Below the pieces are notes generated by a model, which was given only the letters and a program-made list of their open reading frames with translations, did not search any database and was not told the origin of the DNA. A DNA stretch of 64,000 nt, from NCBI RefSeq assembly GCF_009914755.1, contig NC_060937.1; one strand, 5' to 3'. The stretch comes from the human T2T-CHM13v2.0 reference genome, Homo sapiens. A program made the position numbers and the translations under genes. This document shows positions 1-19,524 of this stretch, one piece after another (the first letter of the stretch is position 1; each line of letters starts with the position of its first letter).

Positions 1-8
1 AATCTGAC

Positions 9-168
9 TGGGCATGGTGGCTCACACCTGTAATCCCAACACTTTGGGAGGCCAAGACAGGAGGATTGCTTGAGCCCAAAAATTCGAAACCAACCTTGGC
101 AATATAGCAAAAACCCCATTTCTATTAAAAAATAAAAATAAAAACAGAAAAAGATAAAAAGAAAAATA
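9..168 (+). mobile_element. FLAM_C / free left Alu monomer
   Basis: Alu left-arm sequence (GGTGGCTCACACCTGTAATCCC...GGATTGCTTGAGCCC) ending directly in an A-rich tail, with no right arm. Confidence 0.8.
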
Positions 169-169
169 A

Positions 170-502
170 TCAGTGATTGCCAGAGGTTGTGGAGAGAAGG
201 GGGTGAATAGATGGAACACAAAGGATTTTTAGGACAGTGAAACTACTCTGTATGATACTACAGTGGTGAATACATGTCATTATACACTTGTCCAAACCCA
301 TAGAATGTACAAAACCAAGAGTGGATCTTAATGTAAACTACAAACTTTGGATGATAATGGTTCATTGATTAACAAATGTACCACTGTGGTGGGGGGGGTG
401 TTGACAGTGTGCTTGGGGAGTGTGCAGGAGGTGGCACATGGCAACTCTGCACTTTCTGCTGTGAACCTAAATCTGTTCTTAAAATATAAAGTCCATTAAA
501 AA
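170..502 (+). mobile_element. Old L1 (L1MC-like) 3' UTR fragment
   Basis: GTGAAACTACTCTGTATGATACT...GTCCAAACCCATAGAATGTACA...AATGTAAACTA motifs typical of L1MC 3' ends. Confidence 0.7.
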
Positions 503-894
503 GGATAGATAAGCCTTAATTTAGCCCTTTATGTATAGGAAAACCTATTGTTAGCACACACTTGCCTAGTTTAAAGAGGAGTGGAGAAGACTGGAAAGGT
601 GGAGAAAGTGTAGAGGGAAGCCTTGCAAAAACCTTAGGCGGCTTCCAACACAGGTGAGTAGGGGGAAAGCTGCAGCCTGTGTTGTGTTACTCCTTGGTCT
701 ATGGAAAAGAGAAACTTACTGCCAATAGTGGAAAGGCAAGTAGGCTGGCTGGTCCCTCATACTGGGAAATAAAAGGAAATAAGAGATGTATCCCGTGGTT
801 GGAGGCCTTGCCCTCCATATTGCTGGTCATTCTTCCTGCACACTTCCACTGGATTCCCAGGTCCACAGTTTCCACATTAGACGAAGCATGGAGA

Positions 895-1060
895 TGAAGC
901 CATTTGCATTAGAATAATCTGGAAATACTTTATAAAAATTCAGGTTCTCAGGCCAAGCTCCTGCAAAACCAAATTCAGTCATTTGGGAGAGGGTCCAGGA
1001 GTCTGTATTTTCAAAAACTTCCCAGGAATTCTGGTGTGCAGCCAGGCATCAGAACCACAA
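895..1060. mobile_element. MER5-like hAT-Charlie MITE
   Basis: TGCATTAGAATAATCTGG...CCAGGAGTCTGTATTTT...GGTGTGCAGCCAGG...AGAACCAC resembles MER5A. Confidence 0.6.
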
Positions 1061-1594
1061 AATCTTATTGCTGAAGGAGTTACATGCCTGCTGCCAGCGA
1101 ACCAGGAAAGGAAGAGGAAGACAAACTGGAAGATGTTTATCTGATCTTCCTGGTTGTAACTAAAAGACATTCTTCTAGAGAAGCATTATTCATCATGATA
1201 GTTAAATGCCAAGTGACCGTAGGTTTTATACCATAAGGATTTTGTGAGCACATCTGAGAACTACCAGTGCATAATTAAGTCAGCAAGAACATTCACTTGA
1301 GTTCATTCTAAACACCTGACTTAAAAATGAAGGTGGAAGTTATCCGTAACTCTCTAGTCTCAGAATTTTGATCGTTGGAAGGTTGGGCCTTCCACAGCAA
1401 GATGGCCTGGCCTTGACCTGTGACTCAGTTCTGATTATTAGATTTCTTCCTTGTTTTGTGACATTCTCTCTACTCCCTTTCTTCTGTCTGTCCTCCCTAT
1501 GGTTCCCTTCCAACTCTTTCTCATATTTCTCCTCTTCCCTTGGAGTAGCTATTTGTAGCTATTTGCCAACACTGGATTTATTCCCTCCAATGAA

Positions 1595-1750
1595 TGTTCA
1601 TATTTATTCTTCACAACTCTGTAAGATTGGTGTTGTGATTATCCACATGCTACAGATGAAGAAAGGGCAGGGTTCCAATTGATTAAGTGATTTGCTACAG
1701 GACACCCTATTAAGTGGTTGTACTCCTACTTTGTTCCTAATTCTGACACC
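1595..1750 (-). mobile_element. MIR fragment
   Basis: Reverse MIR core (TCTTCACAACTCTGTAAG...ACAGATGAAGAAA...TTAAGTGATTTGC). Confidence 0.55.
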
Positions 1751-2347
1751 TAAGATCATGCCTAGGTCTCCTGCTCAGAACACAAGTTCCTTGAGCCCCA
1801 GGGCCCTGCATTGATTTCCTAAGCTACCATCACAGATTTGAATCTTGCCCTTGATCCTAGCCTGGAGGTTGGTGCACAGTCTGCTGACTGACTGCCTAAC
1901 TGGGTCTCAGAACACTGTCTGCTCCTAGATTCCTCTTGCTTTGTGTGGTTTCATCTGATGAAGCCAGGAGCCCCAGATCCCAGCCCAGCCTTCTGTTGCC
2001 AGTTCGGGTTGCTGAGGATGTGCCAGAAAAATGCATGCTCTCTACCAGTAGCAAGGGCCTTTGACTCTGCTATGGGACTTCTTTTCTCCAGCCTCACTCC
2101 ATTTCTTAATTGGCCTTCCAAGGCTGAGTAGTCAATCCAACAGAAATTACCTTAGTTCAGCTATTGAGAATAATCCCTTTAATCCTCCCCCGACCAAAAA
2201 GCTCCAACCACGACCAGAGCTGCGGCCCCACTTTCTGTTTCCTAGACTAGAGTTGTCCAAACTGTGGCCCATGTAATGTGACTCAGGTCTGTGAAAACTT
2301 GTCAAGTGGTACACCGAAAAGCTTCATTTTAAGAATATCCGTTTCCA

Positions 2348-2413
2348 GTGCTCGCTTCGGCGGCACATATTCTAAAATTGGGATGACAGAAAATTAGCAT
2401 GGCCTCTGGGCAG
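2348..2413 (+). pseudogene. 3'-truncated U6 snRNA retropseudogene
   Basis: GTGCTCGCTTCGGCGGCACATATTCTAAAATTGG...ATTAGCATGGCCTCTGGGCA matches U6 nt 1 to ~70. A-rich tail follows, with degenerate TSD ATCCGTTTCCA / ATCTGTTTCCA. Confidence 0.93.
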
Positions 2414-2454
2414 AAAAATAAATACAAGTAAATATAAATCTGTTTCCAGAGTTT

Positions 2455-2769
<315 letters not shown>

Positions 2770-3625
2770 TAATTTTTATAGGTACTTTTTCCTAACACCA
2801 GTTTGCCTGAGGATGTGCTAACATTCACATCAGACATTCTCCCAATTTCATAGCCTTTATCTATCCTAGAATGTGCTGTGATGCAGTGCCTTGGGTAATA
2901 GAAAAAAAACCTCTTGGGCAACAACAACAAATACCAAAATATTGATTTGCAGGAAACTGTGATGATTAATAAGGCAATTGAACCTATAGATCTTTCTGGT
3001 GTTCCTTGCCTTTTAAATATTTCTGTTAAGGGAGAAAAAAACAAGGATATTCTGACTCTTCCTTGGAGGTTCTGAATATAAGTATAAGGTAAGTAGAGTG
3101 GTGAAAGTAAGGCAGTTTTTGTTTAATGACTTTCTTTTATATCAGTCTGCTGTTAAAAAAAAAAAAAAAAAAAAAAAGCATCGTTCTGGAAGGAGAGTGC
3201 TGTGAGAGTGAAGCTAAGTGACCTGCAGTAGGAAGACTGAATGACCCAAAGACCTTTTCTCAAGTATTTTAAACTAAGCAGCTCTTTTCAGATATTCTCA
3301 ATACTACTCATCCCTAGCATGAGGAATAAGAAAAAAAAAACTTCACAAAAGCCAAATTAGACAAAATTAGTGAAGGTGATTCTTTTCTGTGCAATGGGAA
3401 GATATTTTAGTACTACCAAGTTTTCAAAACATATTGTAAACAGAACTTACTGTTAAACTTATTTTTTTAGATTCAGTTATTTATTCAATAAGGTACAATG
3501 TATTTATAAAACCATATGAAATATTTATGATCGATCACCAACTTATTTTATTCTATAACATGATTAATAGTTTCTACTTCTTATTAACAAAAAATTAAAT
3601 TATATGCTAGTCCCAGACCAATCAC

Positions 3626-3724
3626 TTTTTTTTTTTTTTGAGACAGAGTTTTGCTCTTGTTGCCCAGGCTGGAGTGCAATGGCACCATCTTGGCTCACCA
3701 CAATCACTGCCTCCCGGGTTCAAG
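3626..3724 (-). mobile_element. 5'-truncated AluSp/Sq (right-arm end only)
   Basis: Poly-T plus GAGACAGAGTTTTGCTCTTGTTGCCCAGG...GGGTTCAAG. TSD CCAATCACTTTT at 3618-3629 and 3727-3738. Confidence 0.88.
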
Positions 3725-4986
3725 AGCCAATCACTTTTAGTGTATATATTATTTAGTGTATATATTTATGTGTTTATCTTTCCTTAAATATATAAGAAAA
3801 GTGTATATCTTTTCTTAAATATATAATAAATTTTTTATTATGATTTCCAACTAAATTAATGGAATCATTTATGATTTTTATATTTGATACTTATTTAATT
3901 ATTCATAAAATTACAACAGAAGAGTTCAACACACACACAATTACTAAAAGAATATCATATCAGGGTTCCAAGATGTCCGAATTGGAACAGCTCCAGTCTA
4001 TAGCTCCCAGAGTGAGCGACGTGGAAGACGAATGATTTCTGCATTTCCAACTGAGGTACTGGGTTCATCTCACTGGGGACTGTTGGACAGTGGGTGCAGG
4101 ACAGTGGGTGCAGCACACCAAGTGTGAGCCAAAGCAGGGCGAGGCATCGCCTCACCCAGGAAGCACAAGGGGTCAGGGAATTCCCTTTTCTAGCCAAGGA
4201 AAGGGGTGACAGATGGCACTTGGAAAATCGGGTCATTCCCACCCTAATACTGTGCTTTTCTGATGGTCTTAGCAAACAGCACACCAGGAGATTATATCCC
4301 ACGCCTGGCTCGGAGGGTCCCATGCCCACGGAACCTCACTCATGGCTAGCACAGAAGTTTGAGATCAAACTGCAAGGTGGCAGCAAGGCTGGGGGGAGGG
4401 GCGCCCACCATTGCTGAGGCTTGAGTAGGTTAACAAAGCGGTCAGGAAGCTCGCACTGGATGGAGCCCACCGCAGCTCAAGGAGGCCTGCCTGCCTCTGT
4501 AGACTTCACCTCTGGGGGCAGGGCATAGCCAAGCAAAAGGCAGCAGAAACCTCTGCAGACCTAAATGTCCTTCTCTAACAGATTGGAAGACAGTAGTGCT
4601 TCTCCCAGCACGCAGCTTGAGATCTGAGAACGGACAGACTGCCTCCTCAAGTGGGTACCTGACCCCCGAGTAGCCTAACTGGGAGGCACCCCCAAGTAGG
4701 GGCAGACTGACACCTCACATGGCTGGGTACTCCTCTGAGACAAAACTTCCAGAGGAACAATCAGGCAGCAATATTTGCTGTTCACCGATATCCGCTGTTC
4801 TGTAGCCTCCGCTGCTGATACCCAGGCAAACAGGGTCTGGAGTGGACCTCTGGCAAACTCCAACAGACTCGCAGCTGAGGGTCTTGACTGTTAGAAGGAA
4901 AACTAACAAACAGAAAGGACATCCACACCAAAACCCCATCTGTTCGTCACCATCATCAAAGACCAAAGGTAGACAAAACCACAAAG

Positions 4987-5996
4987 ATGGGGAAAAAACA
5001 GCAGAAATACTGAAAATTCTAAAAATCAGAGTGCCTCTCCTCCTCCAAAGGAACGCAGCTCCTCACCAGCAATGGAATAAAGCTGGATGGAGAATGACTT
5101 TGATGAGTTGAGAGAAGAAGTCTTCAGATGATCAAACTTCTCCGAGCTAAAGGAGGAAGTTCGAACCCATGGCAAAGTAGTTAAAAACCTTGAAAAAAAA
5201 TTAGATGAATGTCTAACTAGAATAACCAATGCAGAGTGGTCCTTAAAGGACCTGATGGAGCTGAAAACCATGGCACGAGAACTATGTGACAAATGCACAA
5301 GCCTCAGTAGCCGATTCGATCAACTGGAAGAAAGGGTATCAGTGATGGAAGATCAAATAAATGAAATGAAGCAAGAAGAGAACTTTAGAGAAAAAAGAAT
5401 AAAAAGAAACTAACAAAGCCTCCAAGAAATATGGGACTATGTGAAAAGACCACATCTATGTCTGATTGGTGTACCTGAAAGTGACGGGGAGAATGGAACC
5501 AAGTTGGAAAACACTCTGCAGGATATTATCCAGGAGAACTTCCCCAATCTAGCAAGGCAGGCCAACATTCAGATTCAGGAAATACAGAGAACACCACAAA
5601 GATACTTCTCAAGAAGAGCAACTCCAAGACACATAATTATCAGATTCACCAAAGTTGAAATGAAGGAAAAAATGTTAAGGGCAGCCAGAGAGAAAGGTCG
5701 GGTTACCCACACAGGGAAGCCCATCAGACTAACAGCTGATCTCTCGGTAGAAACTCTACAAGCCAGAACAGAGTGGGGGCCAATATTCAACATTCTTAAA
5801 GAATTTTCAACCCAGAATTTCATATCCAGCCAAACTAAGCTTCATAAGTGAAGGAGAATTAAAATACTTTACAGACAAGCAAATGCTGAGAGATTTTGTC
5901 ACCACCAGGCCTGCCCTAAAAGAGCTCCTGAAGGAAGCACTAAGCATGGAAAGGAAAAACCGGTACCAGCCACTGCAAACCCATGCCACATTGTAA
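4987..5996 (+). pseudogene. L1 ORF1p, disrupted
   Basis: Starts ATGGGGAAAAAAC. ORF-track piece 5441-5851 (KRPHLCLIGVPESDGENGTKLENTLQDIIQENFPNLARQ) is ORF1p. Premature TAA near 5411 and frameshifts. Confidence 0.93.
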
Positions 5997-6059
5997 AGAC
6001 CATCGAGGCCAGGAAGAAACTGCATCAAGTAACGAGCAAAATAACCAGCTAACATCATA

Positions 6060-10204
<4,145 letters not shown>

Positions 10205-10815
10205 ACAATGAGAATACTTTGACACAGGAAGGGGAACATCACACACCGGGGCCTGTTGTGGGGTGGGGTGAGTGGGGAGGAATAGCATCAGGAGATATAC
10301 CTAATGTAAATGATGAGTTAATGGGTGCAGCACACCAACATGGCACATGTATACATATGTAACAAACCTGCACATTGTGCGCATGTACCCTAAAACTTAA
10401 AGTATAATAATAAAAAAAAGAATATCATATCAGGTCTTTTATTTTTCTTGTTTCCCAAAAATTTATAACTTAAGCCACACATTAGCTTATATTAAGTAAT
10501 AAGAAAAGCATATTGGTTTATTATTTTAATAAATTATTAAAAATTGATAATTATTGTTTATATATCATTGAAATCTTGACTACATTTAATAGTCCATCTT
10601 AAAAGATGCATTCTATTATATTATTACAGTATTCTTCAAAATGATATTAATTTTTTTGGATGGAAAAAACAAAGTTGGGTTTTTATAACAGAAAATGAGT
10701 CTGATTTACCTAATTGGTTTGACAATAGCATTTTGATAAGTAGGCTACACAGTGGACTTTTTCCATAAAAATCTGCAGCTCTAAAATTTGGTGGAAAATA
10801 TATAAGAATGTGATG

Positions 10816-11109
10816 CCGCCAGGTGTGGTGGCTCACACCTGCAGTCCCAGCACTTTGAGAGACTAAGGCAGGAGTATCACTTGAGCCCCAGAGCTCAAGA
10901 CTAGCCTGGTAATGAGAACATGTCTGTACAAAAAATGTTTAAAAGTTAGTGGGGCATGATGGTGTGTGCCAGTAGCCCTAGCTACTTGGGAGGCTGAGGT
11001 AGGAAGATTGCTTTAACCAAGGAGTTTGAAGCTACAATAAGCTATGATTGTGCCACTGCACTTCAGTCTGGGTGACAGAGTGAGAATCTATCTCAAAAAA
11101 GAAAAAAAA
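10816..11109 (+). mobile_element. AluJ
   Basis: Highly diverged dimeric Alu with CACTTGAGCCC and GCTATGATTGTGCCACTG. Confidence 0.85.
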
Positions 11110-12040
11110 TTATTTTTATTGCTGAATACTATCACACTGTATGGATATATCACTTTTTTTTCTTTTTCTTTTTTTTTTTTTTTAGACAGAGTCTTGCTCT
11201 TGTCACCCAGGCTGGAGTGCAGTGACACAATCTCAGCTCACTGCAACCTCCACCTCCCAGGGTTCAAGCGATTCTCCTGCCTCAGCCTCCTGAGTAGTTG
11301 CGATTACAGGCACCCACCATCACAGCCGGCTACTTTTTGTATTTTTAGTAGAGACGGGGTTTCGCCATGTTAGCCAGGCTGGTCTTGAACTCATGACCTC
11401 ACGATCCACCCGCCTTAGCCTCTCAAAGTGCTGGGATTACAGGTGTGAGCCACCACACCTGGCCAGATATACCACATTTTATCTATGTATCAGTTGAAGG
11501 ACATTTGGGTTATTTCCACTTCTTGGCTATTACAAATAATGCTGCTTTGGACATTTACGTTCAGATTTTTATATGAACCTAAGTTTTTACTTCTCTTGGG
11601 TAGATAGCTGAAGTGCAATTGCTGGGTCATATGGTAACACTATGTTTAACATTTTGAAGAATTGCCAGACTGTTTTCCAAAGAGGCAGTACCATTTTACA
11701 TTCCTGCCAGCAGTGAAAGAAATAAATTTCACCATATCCTTGCCAACATTTGTTGTCATGTATCTTTTTTATTATAGCCATTCTAGTAGTTGTAAAGTGC
11801 TATCTCATTGGTTTTGACTTGCATTTCCTTGATGGCTAATGATATTGAGCATCTTTTCATGTGTTTATTGGCCATTTGTATATCTCCTCTGGAGACATGT
11901 CTATTCAGATCCTTTGCCCATTTAAAAATGGGGTTGTCTTTTTATTATTGAGTTGTAAGTGTTCTTTAGATATTCTAGATATAAGAACCTCATCAGATAT
12001 ATGATTTGCAAAAATTATTTCCCAACTGTGTGATTTTTCA
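11110..12040 (-). mobile_element. Old L1 (L1MB-like) ORF2 3' fragment, interrupted by Alu
   Basis: Minus-strand ORF 11587-11781 (MAIIKK...NKCWQGYGE...PLWKTVWQF...PYDPAI) is an ORF2p C-terminus homolog. Confidence 0.85.
11153..11464 (-). mobile_element. AluS
   Basis: Antisense dimeric Alu. Flanking GATATATCAC / GATATACCAC duplication. Confidence 0.92.
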
Positions 12041-12076
12041 CATTTAACTCAAAAAGAGTTCAAAGAACTGAGTGGT

Positions 12077-12390
<314 letters not shown>

Positions 12391-12537
12391 TAACTGAGTG
12401 GCATTGTTACACCAAAACTCTCTCCATTCCCTCTATTTACGTAAATGAGGTTGCTCAGTCCTTACATTTACAAAATAAAATATAGAAATAGAATTGATCC
12501 TGAATCCTGCTTAATTCTAACAATAAATTATTATTTA

Positions 12538-12912
<375 letters not shown>

Positions 12913-14105
12913 AAATTTACTTTTTTGTTTAATAGTTTTACATAAAACTGTAATATATTTTGGTTGTTTTAACTATTGTGAACTAACCATTGTAATGATC
13001 AGTTAATCTAGAAGAAACTGAAAAATTAGAGCCTATGGCCTTAGTATATTAAACAAATTATAGAATTTTAATTTATGTATACATAGTCACACATAAATAT
13101 TTTTGTTTCAGATAGTATTACAAGGGGAATCAATAAGAGATTCTCAAATGTAAAAATCTTTATAATAAATGTTAATATTTACAAGGTGCTAGAATTCAGA
13201 CTCAAACATTTAAAATTATACTTAATTTCTGCAAGGGGTTAGAAGTTTTTCAAAATTATTTAAAGTGGTATATGAACAAAGAAATTTGAAAATCATTTTT
13301 CTAGAAGTCTACTCCTTTCTGTCCTTGATCCCCATCAGAATGCCCTTTCTTGTGTGGTAGGGAGTCGGGCTAAGTAGTCTTACATTTTCCCAGAGCAGGC
13401 AGGAATTCTCAGGCTGGATTTCTGATGGTTGTGTGCCTTCTGAAATCGCATGTAAAATTTAGTTTGTACATGGGTACATGCCTCCTCCTCTAGCAGATGT
13501 ATAATGTTGATCTGATTTTTAATAAGGTCTGTGACCTAAAAGGTTAAGAACTACTAGGGTAGTCTTCCTCTATCAGGAAGTCCAGAAGCTGTAATTTTTC
13601 AGTTTCTCCTACCTGTCTATTAGGACACCTCATTTATTTCATGCTATGCTTTTCTCTTGGATACAAATTACTAACATGTTGCCTTTACCATACTGATATT
13701 TTCCTATGCCTGTTGGACATACCTGCAGTTGTGTATTTTTTCCCAAAGTCAGACCTATCCCACAAATTAGGGCAAATTCCAGATTCCAGTGTTTCCATTA
13801 TGCTTTAATGGAATAGAGTTAAACAAATCTGGACCTGCCTCTGGCTAGTCATTCATTCAACAAATATTTAAAACATGCCTCCTAACATGCCAGGTGCTAC
13901 TTTAGGGGCTAGGAATACAATGGTGCACAGACAGTCAAGATCCTTTCTCTCCCGGTGCTTCTCTTCTAGAGAAGGGAGACTAACAAATGCATAAGAAACA
14001 AACAAGATGATTTTGGGCAGAGGTAAGTACTGTGAAGAAAATAAAGTGATATGACAGTGAGTGTTATGAAGAGGTGGGGTACTTTAGAGGTGGTAGGTAA
14101 GACTC

Positions 14106-14406
14106 TTTTTTTTTTTTTTTTTTTTCGAGATGGTGTCTCTCTCACTCTGTCACCCAGGCTAGCAGTGGTATAATCTTGGCTCACTGCAACCTCCATCTCC
14201 TGGGTTCAAGTGATTCTTGTGCCTCAGCCTCTCAATAGCTGGGACTGCAGGCACATGCCACCACACCCAGTTAATTTTTGCATTTTTAGTAGGGACAGGG
14301 TTTCGCCATGTTGGCCAGGCTGGTCTCGATCTCCTGACCTCAAATGATCTGCCCGCCTCGGCCTCCTAAAGTGCTGGCATTACAGGCATGAGCCAATGTG
14401 CCCGGC
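14106..14406 (-). mobile_element. AluS
   Basis: Antisense Alu. TSD TAGGTAAGACTCTTTT at 14094-14109 and 14407-14422. Confidence 0.92.
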
Positions 14407-15102
14407 TAGGTAAGACTCTTTTAGGAGCTAACATTGGAGCTTAAGCCTGAACGGTGAGAAGAAAATAACTAGGAGGTGCACATAGCTGGTGCAAAGACCA
14501 CCAGTAGGAAGGAAGTTTGTGTTTCTGTGGACTTTCTAAGCCATTACTGAGCAGGAGGAGAGGTGAGGTTGGTGAGGCGTTTTATCCCAAGTGTAATGAT
14601 AAGCACTGATGAATTGAAAGCAGTGGAGGAATATAATATGGAGGAATATAGTATGGTTTATATTTTAAAACGAAAATCACTCTGGCTACTGTGATAAAAA
14701 TTGATTGCACGGGGTTGATGAGAAGAGTTCAAGAGAAGAAGCAGAGAAACCAGTTAGGCTACTGTGCTAGGGGCCAGAGATTATGGCAACTTGGACCGAG
14801 GTAGAGACAGCATAAAGTGGAACAAGTCAAGATATACTTCGGAGGTGGAGCTGACAGGACTTGTTAATGGTTTGGATATGAGTAATGAGAAAAAGAGGAG
14901 AATCAAGGATGACTCCTAGGAACTTACTTTTGAACAATTGGGTGACAGATGCAGTAGATTTAAAGATACTGTTTGGGAACATTTAAAACATCTATTAAAC
15001 AGTAAGTGACAAAGTGGAGAAGTCATTAGATATATTAGTCTGGAATTCAGGAGTGAGGTCAGAGCTGGAGATGAGAATTTGGGAGTAAGGTACTTAAAAC
15101 CA

Positions 15103-15902
<800 letters not shown>

Positions 15903-16368
15903 GAGCCATTAAAATTAGATAAGATCACCTAGAAAGACTGTGGATAAAGAAGAGAAGAGGGCTGAAGACTGAATCCTAGAGCACTGCAGAATTGAAGAGT
16001 GAAGTCCAGGAGGAGGTAAGTCTGTGAAGAGTACCAATGTCCTAGGAGGAAAACTAAGAAAGTGTGAAGCCATGAAAACCAAAGGAAGAGTATCAAGGCA
16101 AGAAGAGTGGTCAATTGTGCTGAATGCTTCTGAGAAGCAAATTAAGATGAGGCGGAAGAAATGGCCATTGCATTTGGCGAGACAGAGGTTGTTTGATCTT
16201 GTCAAGAGAAGTTCTAATGGTGTGTAGATTTAGGAAGATTCTTAAGATAGTTGAAGAGAGAATGGGAAATGAGGATGTGGAAATTCTAAGTCCAAACAAA
16301 CTGAGTAGTTTTCTGAGAAGAAGAATGAAGAAATGGAGGAGAATGTGCAGCTAGAAGAGTTTTGTGGT

Positions 16369-16670
<302 letters not shown>

Positions 16671-16830
16671 CTTGTGTTTACTTTATTTAAAAAATGGGAG
16701 ACAGAGTAGTGCACGTTTATACTCCACTGGGAAAGATCCAATAGAGAAGGAAAAAGTGGCGCAACATAGAGAGTGAATAACTGCAGGAATCTTCAATGAG
16801 GAAAGAGAGGTTTACTCATGCTGGCCTTGA

Positions 16831-17265
<435 letters not shown>

Positions 17266-19524
17266 TAATTAAAGAGAATTACCAGAGACCTACAGTTGTG
17301 AGTCTAGAGTGAGACCAATCAGAATGTTTGTGCAATTTTCATCTGCCAAGTTCAAAGCAGATATGAAGTAAGTGAAAAGTTGGATTGGTCAGGATTGGAG
17401 TTTTGCCTGCCAAGAATGAGAGAGAGGCAAGGATGCCATGGGTGTTTGCAAGAGACTGTTAGGATAATGGACAATGGGAGTTAAGTAGTGAAAGGAGGGA
17501 AGTGAGAACATGAAGGGGATAATGGATAATCATAATATAATGGCAAACCCTACATGGTGGTTACTGGGTGGCAGGCACTGGTTTTAGCTCATTACATATA
17601 ATAACATGTAATCTTATGACTACATTGGACAGTGAAAAGTGTGATGGTCAGTGAATCAGAAGTCTCCTAGGAAGCCAAATAATCAATGGGGTGGGAATAT
17701 TTGAATAAATGAACCTGGAGGCAAGAGAGACAGACAGACTTGAGTGTATGTAACCGCTGTCATCTGTTATAACTGTGTGACTGCAAGAAAGGCAATTTGC
17801 CTCTCTGACTTTCTATGGCATAAGCCAATAATAACCTATGCCTTTCTTTTTTTAGCCAGTTGTGTTTTTGTTACCTGCAACCAAGGGTTCTGACAATTAT
17901 AATACAATTGTAATTACACAATTACGAGGATAGAGTGCTGGAGTATGTGGCTCACAGTGAATTTCTACATTCACTAGCTGTCTTCCTTTTCCCCTTCCAA
18001 CGATGACCTCCAAGAGCAGTAGATGTCTCTTGTATCATTCCAGGAGCTTGAACTTGTGCTGGTCACAGCAGAGACGTGCTCTGAGGACACAGCAGTTCTC
18101 CATCACATGAAGGTTAAAACTCAAGCTCCTAAACAAGGAGCTTGTCCACACCTGTCCATATTTCCAGCCCAATATCTTGACCTTCCTCCCTCCTCAAACT
18201 TTGCCCTCCAGCTACTAGAGGTTCCCAGAAGAGATGAGGCAATTCTCTCAACTTCTCACCTCTTGCACATGCTGTTTCCTCTGTCTGGATTTACTAGTTC
18301 CAAACTCCAGATGAGCTCTTTCTGCTCCAGAAAACTTTCCCTGATTTAACAGCCAGACACAGGTCAGGGTTTCCAGTTCTCACTGCACTTCACAGCACTT
18401 TCATTGTAGCAGCTGTCACATTGATAGTAATTGATAGTTTGAGTACCCATCCCACCTGAGGATGATGTGGCAGGTGCCCAGGGTGCATCTCTTCCAACCA
18501 AGAACAAGGGGCATCAGGCCATGGTCCAAACTCAGCCCCTGTAATGTCCTCACCTTCACCTCTCTCTTCATAAGCCTTTCACTTCCCTAACAAGCATGCA
18601 AGGACTGCCCCCACTTTACTCACCCCTCTCCCGAATACTCTTTGAGCTCATGTAACCAGACTGCACCTGCTCACCCTTCAAGACTCTGTCTAGCCTCTAC
18701 CTCCTCTATGCAGCTTTTCCTGCCCAACCCTCTCCACTGCAGGTCCTGTTAGGCATTTCTCCTGTGTTACCTCAGCTTCCTGAGTCCCCTATTATAACTC
18801 TTGCCATCATCACTTCCCTGTCATGACCCGTTCTTTTATCTGTCTCTAGTGATCTGTGAGATTCTTGAGAATTGAGAGGTTTGCATTCAAATCTGTGTTC
18901 CCCCTGCCTATCACTAGTAGTTATTAAATATTTCTTGAATGATTGACAAGACAGAGATTCTGGCTCTTTGGAATTGAGGGTCAGACTCAGGGTTATGGTA
19001 ATGCTATTCAGGTTCTAATTCCCATAAAGCCTGGGGTGGGAGCAGCCAGTGCTACCTCCTTTGTAACTTTAAGGGGATGGGGGAAGTTATCTGGGTCATA
19101 ACTGTAATTGCCACCAGAACCACCTGATGTAGGTGTTATGCCCTATTTAAATAGATGTGGAACCTGAGACTCAGAGAAGTGAAATGCCTGCAGTAGGTCC
19201 TACAGCTGGAAAATACCTCAATCCTATTTCAAGGTGCTTACAGAATTTCTGCAAAATGGGAGGTGGTAAAGAGTTGCCTTGCGTGCTTTGAGACAAGTTC
19301 TTTGCACCTGTTCTCTTATGTCTCTAGTGATCTGTGAGATCCTTGGCTACCAAACACCTACCTTAGAAATACATTTCCACAAGGCCTGTCCCTTTCTTTT
19401 CCCAGCTTTGGCATTATTTCTCTCACTTTCAGAGCCCTGCAACTCAATCACACCACCTAGACCATTACTACTCTTCGGCTAACTTAATTCTGGGATTGTT
19501 CAGTGGAGGTTATCACATAACGAC

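Noticed and set aside
3086-3177. Perfect donor AAG|GTAAGT and a nearby orphan poly-A tract
   Set aside because: No convincing acceptor, ORF or TSD. Cannot support an exon or insertion from sequence alone.
3955-4329. 124-aa minus-strand ORF resembling L1 ORF0
   Set aside because: Only the C-terminal remnant. The true ORF0 start is cut off by a frameshift and a stop.
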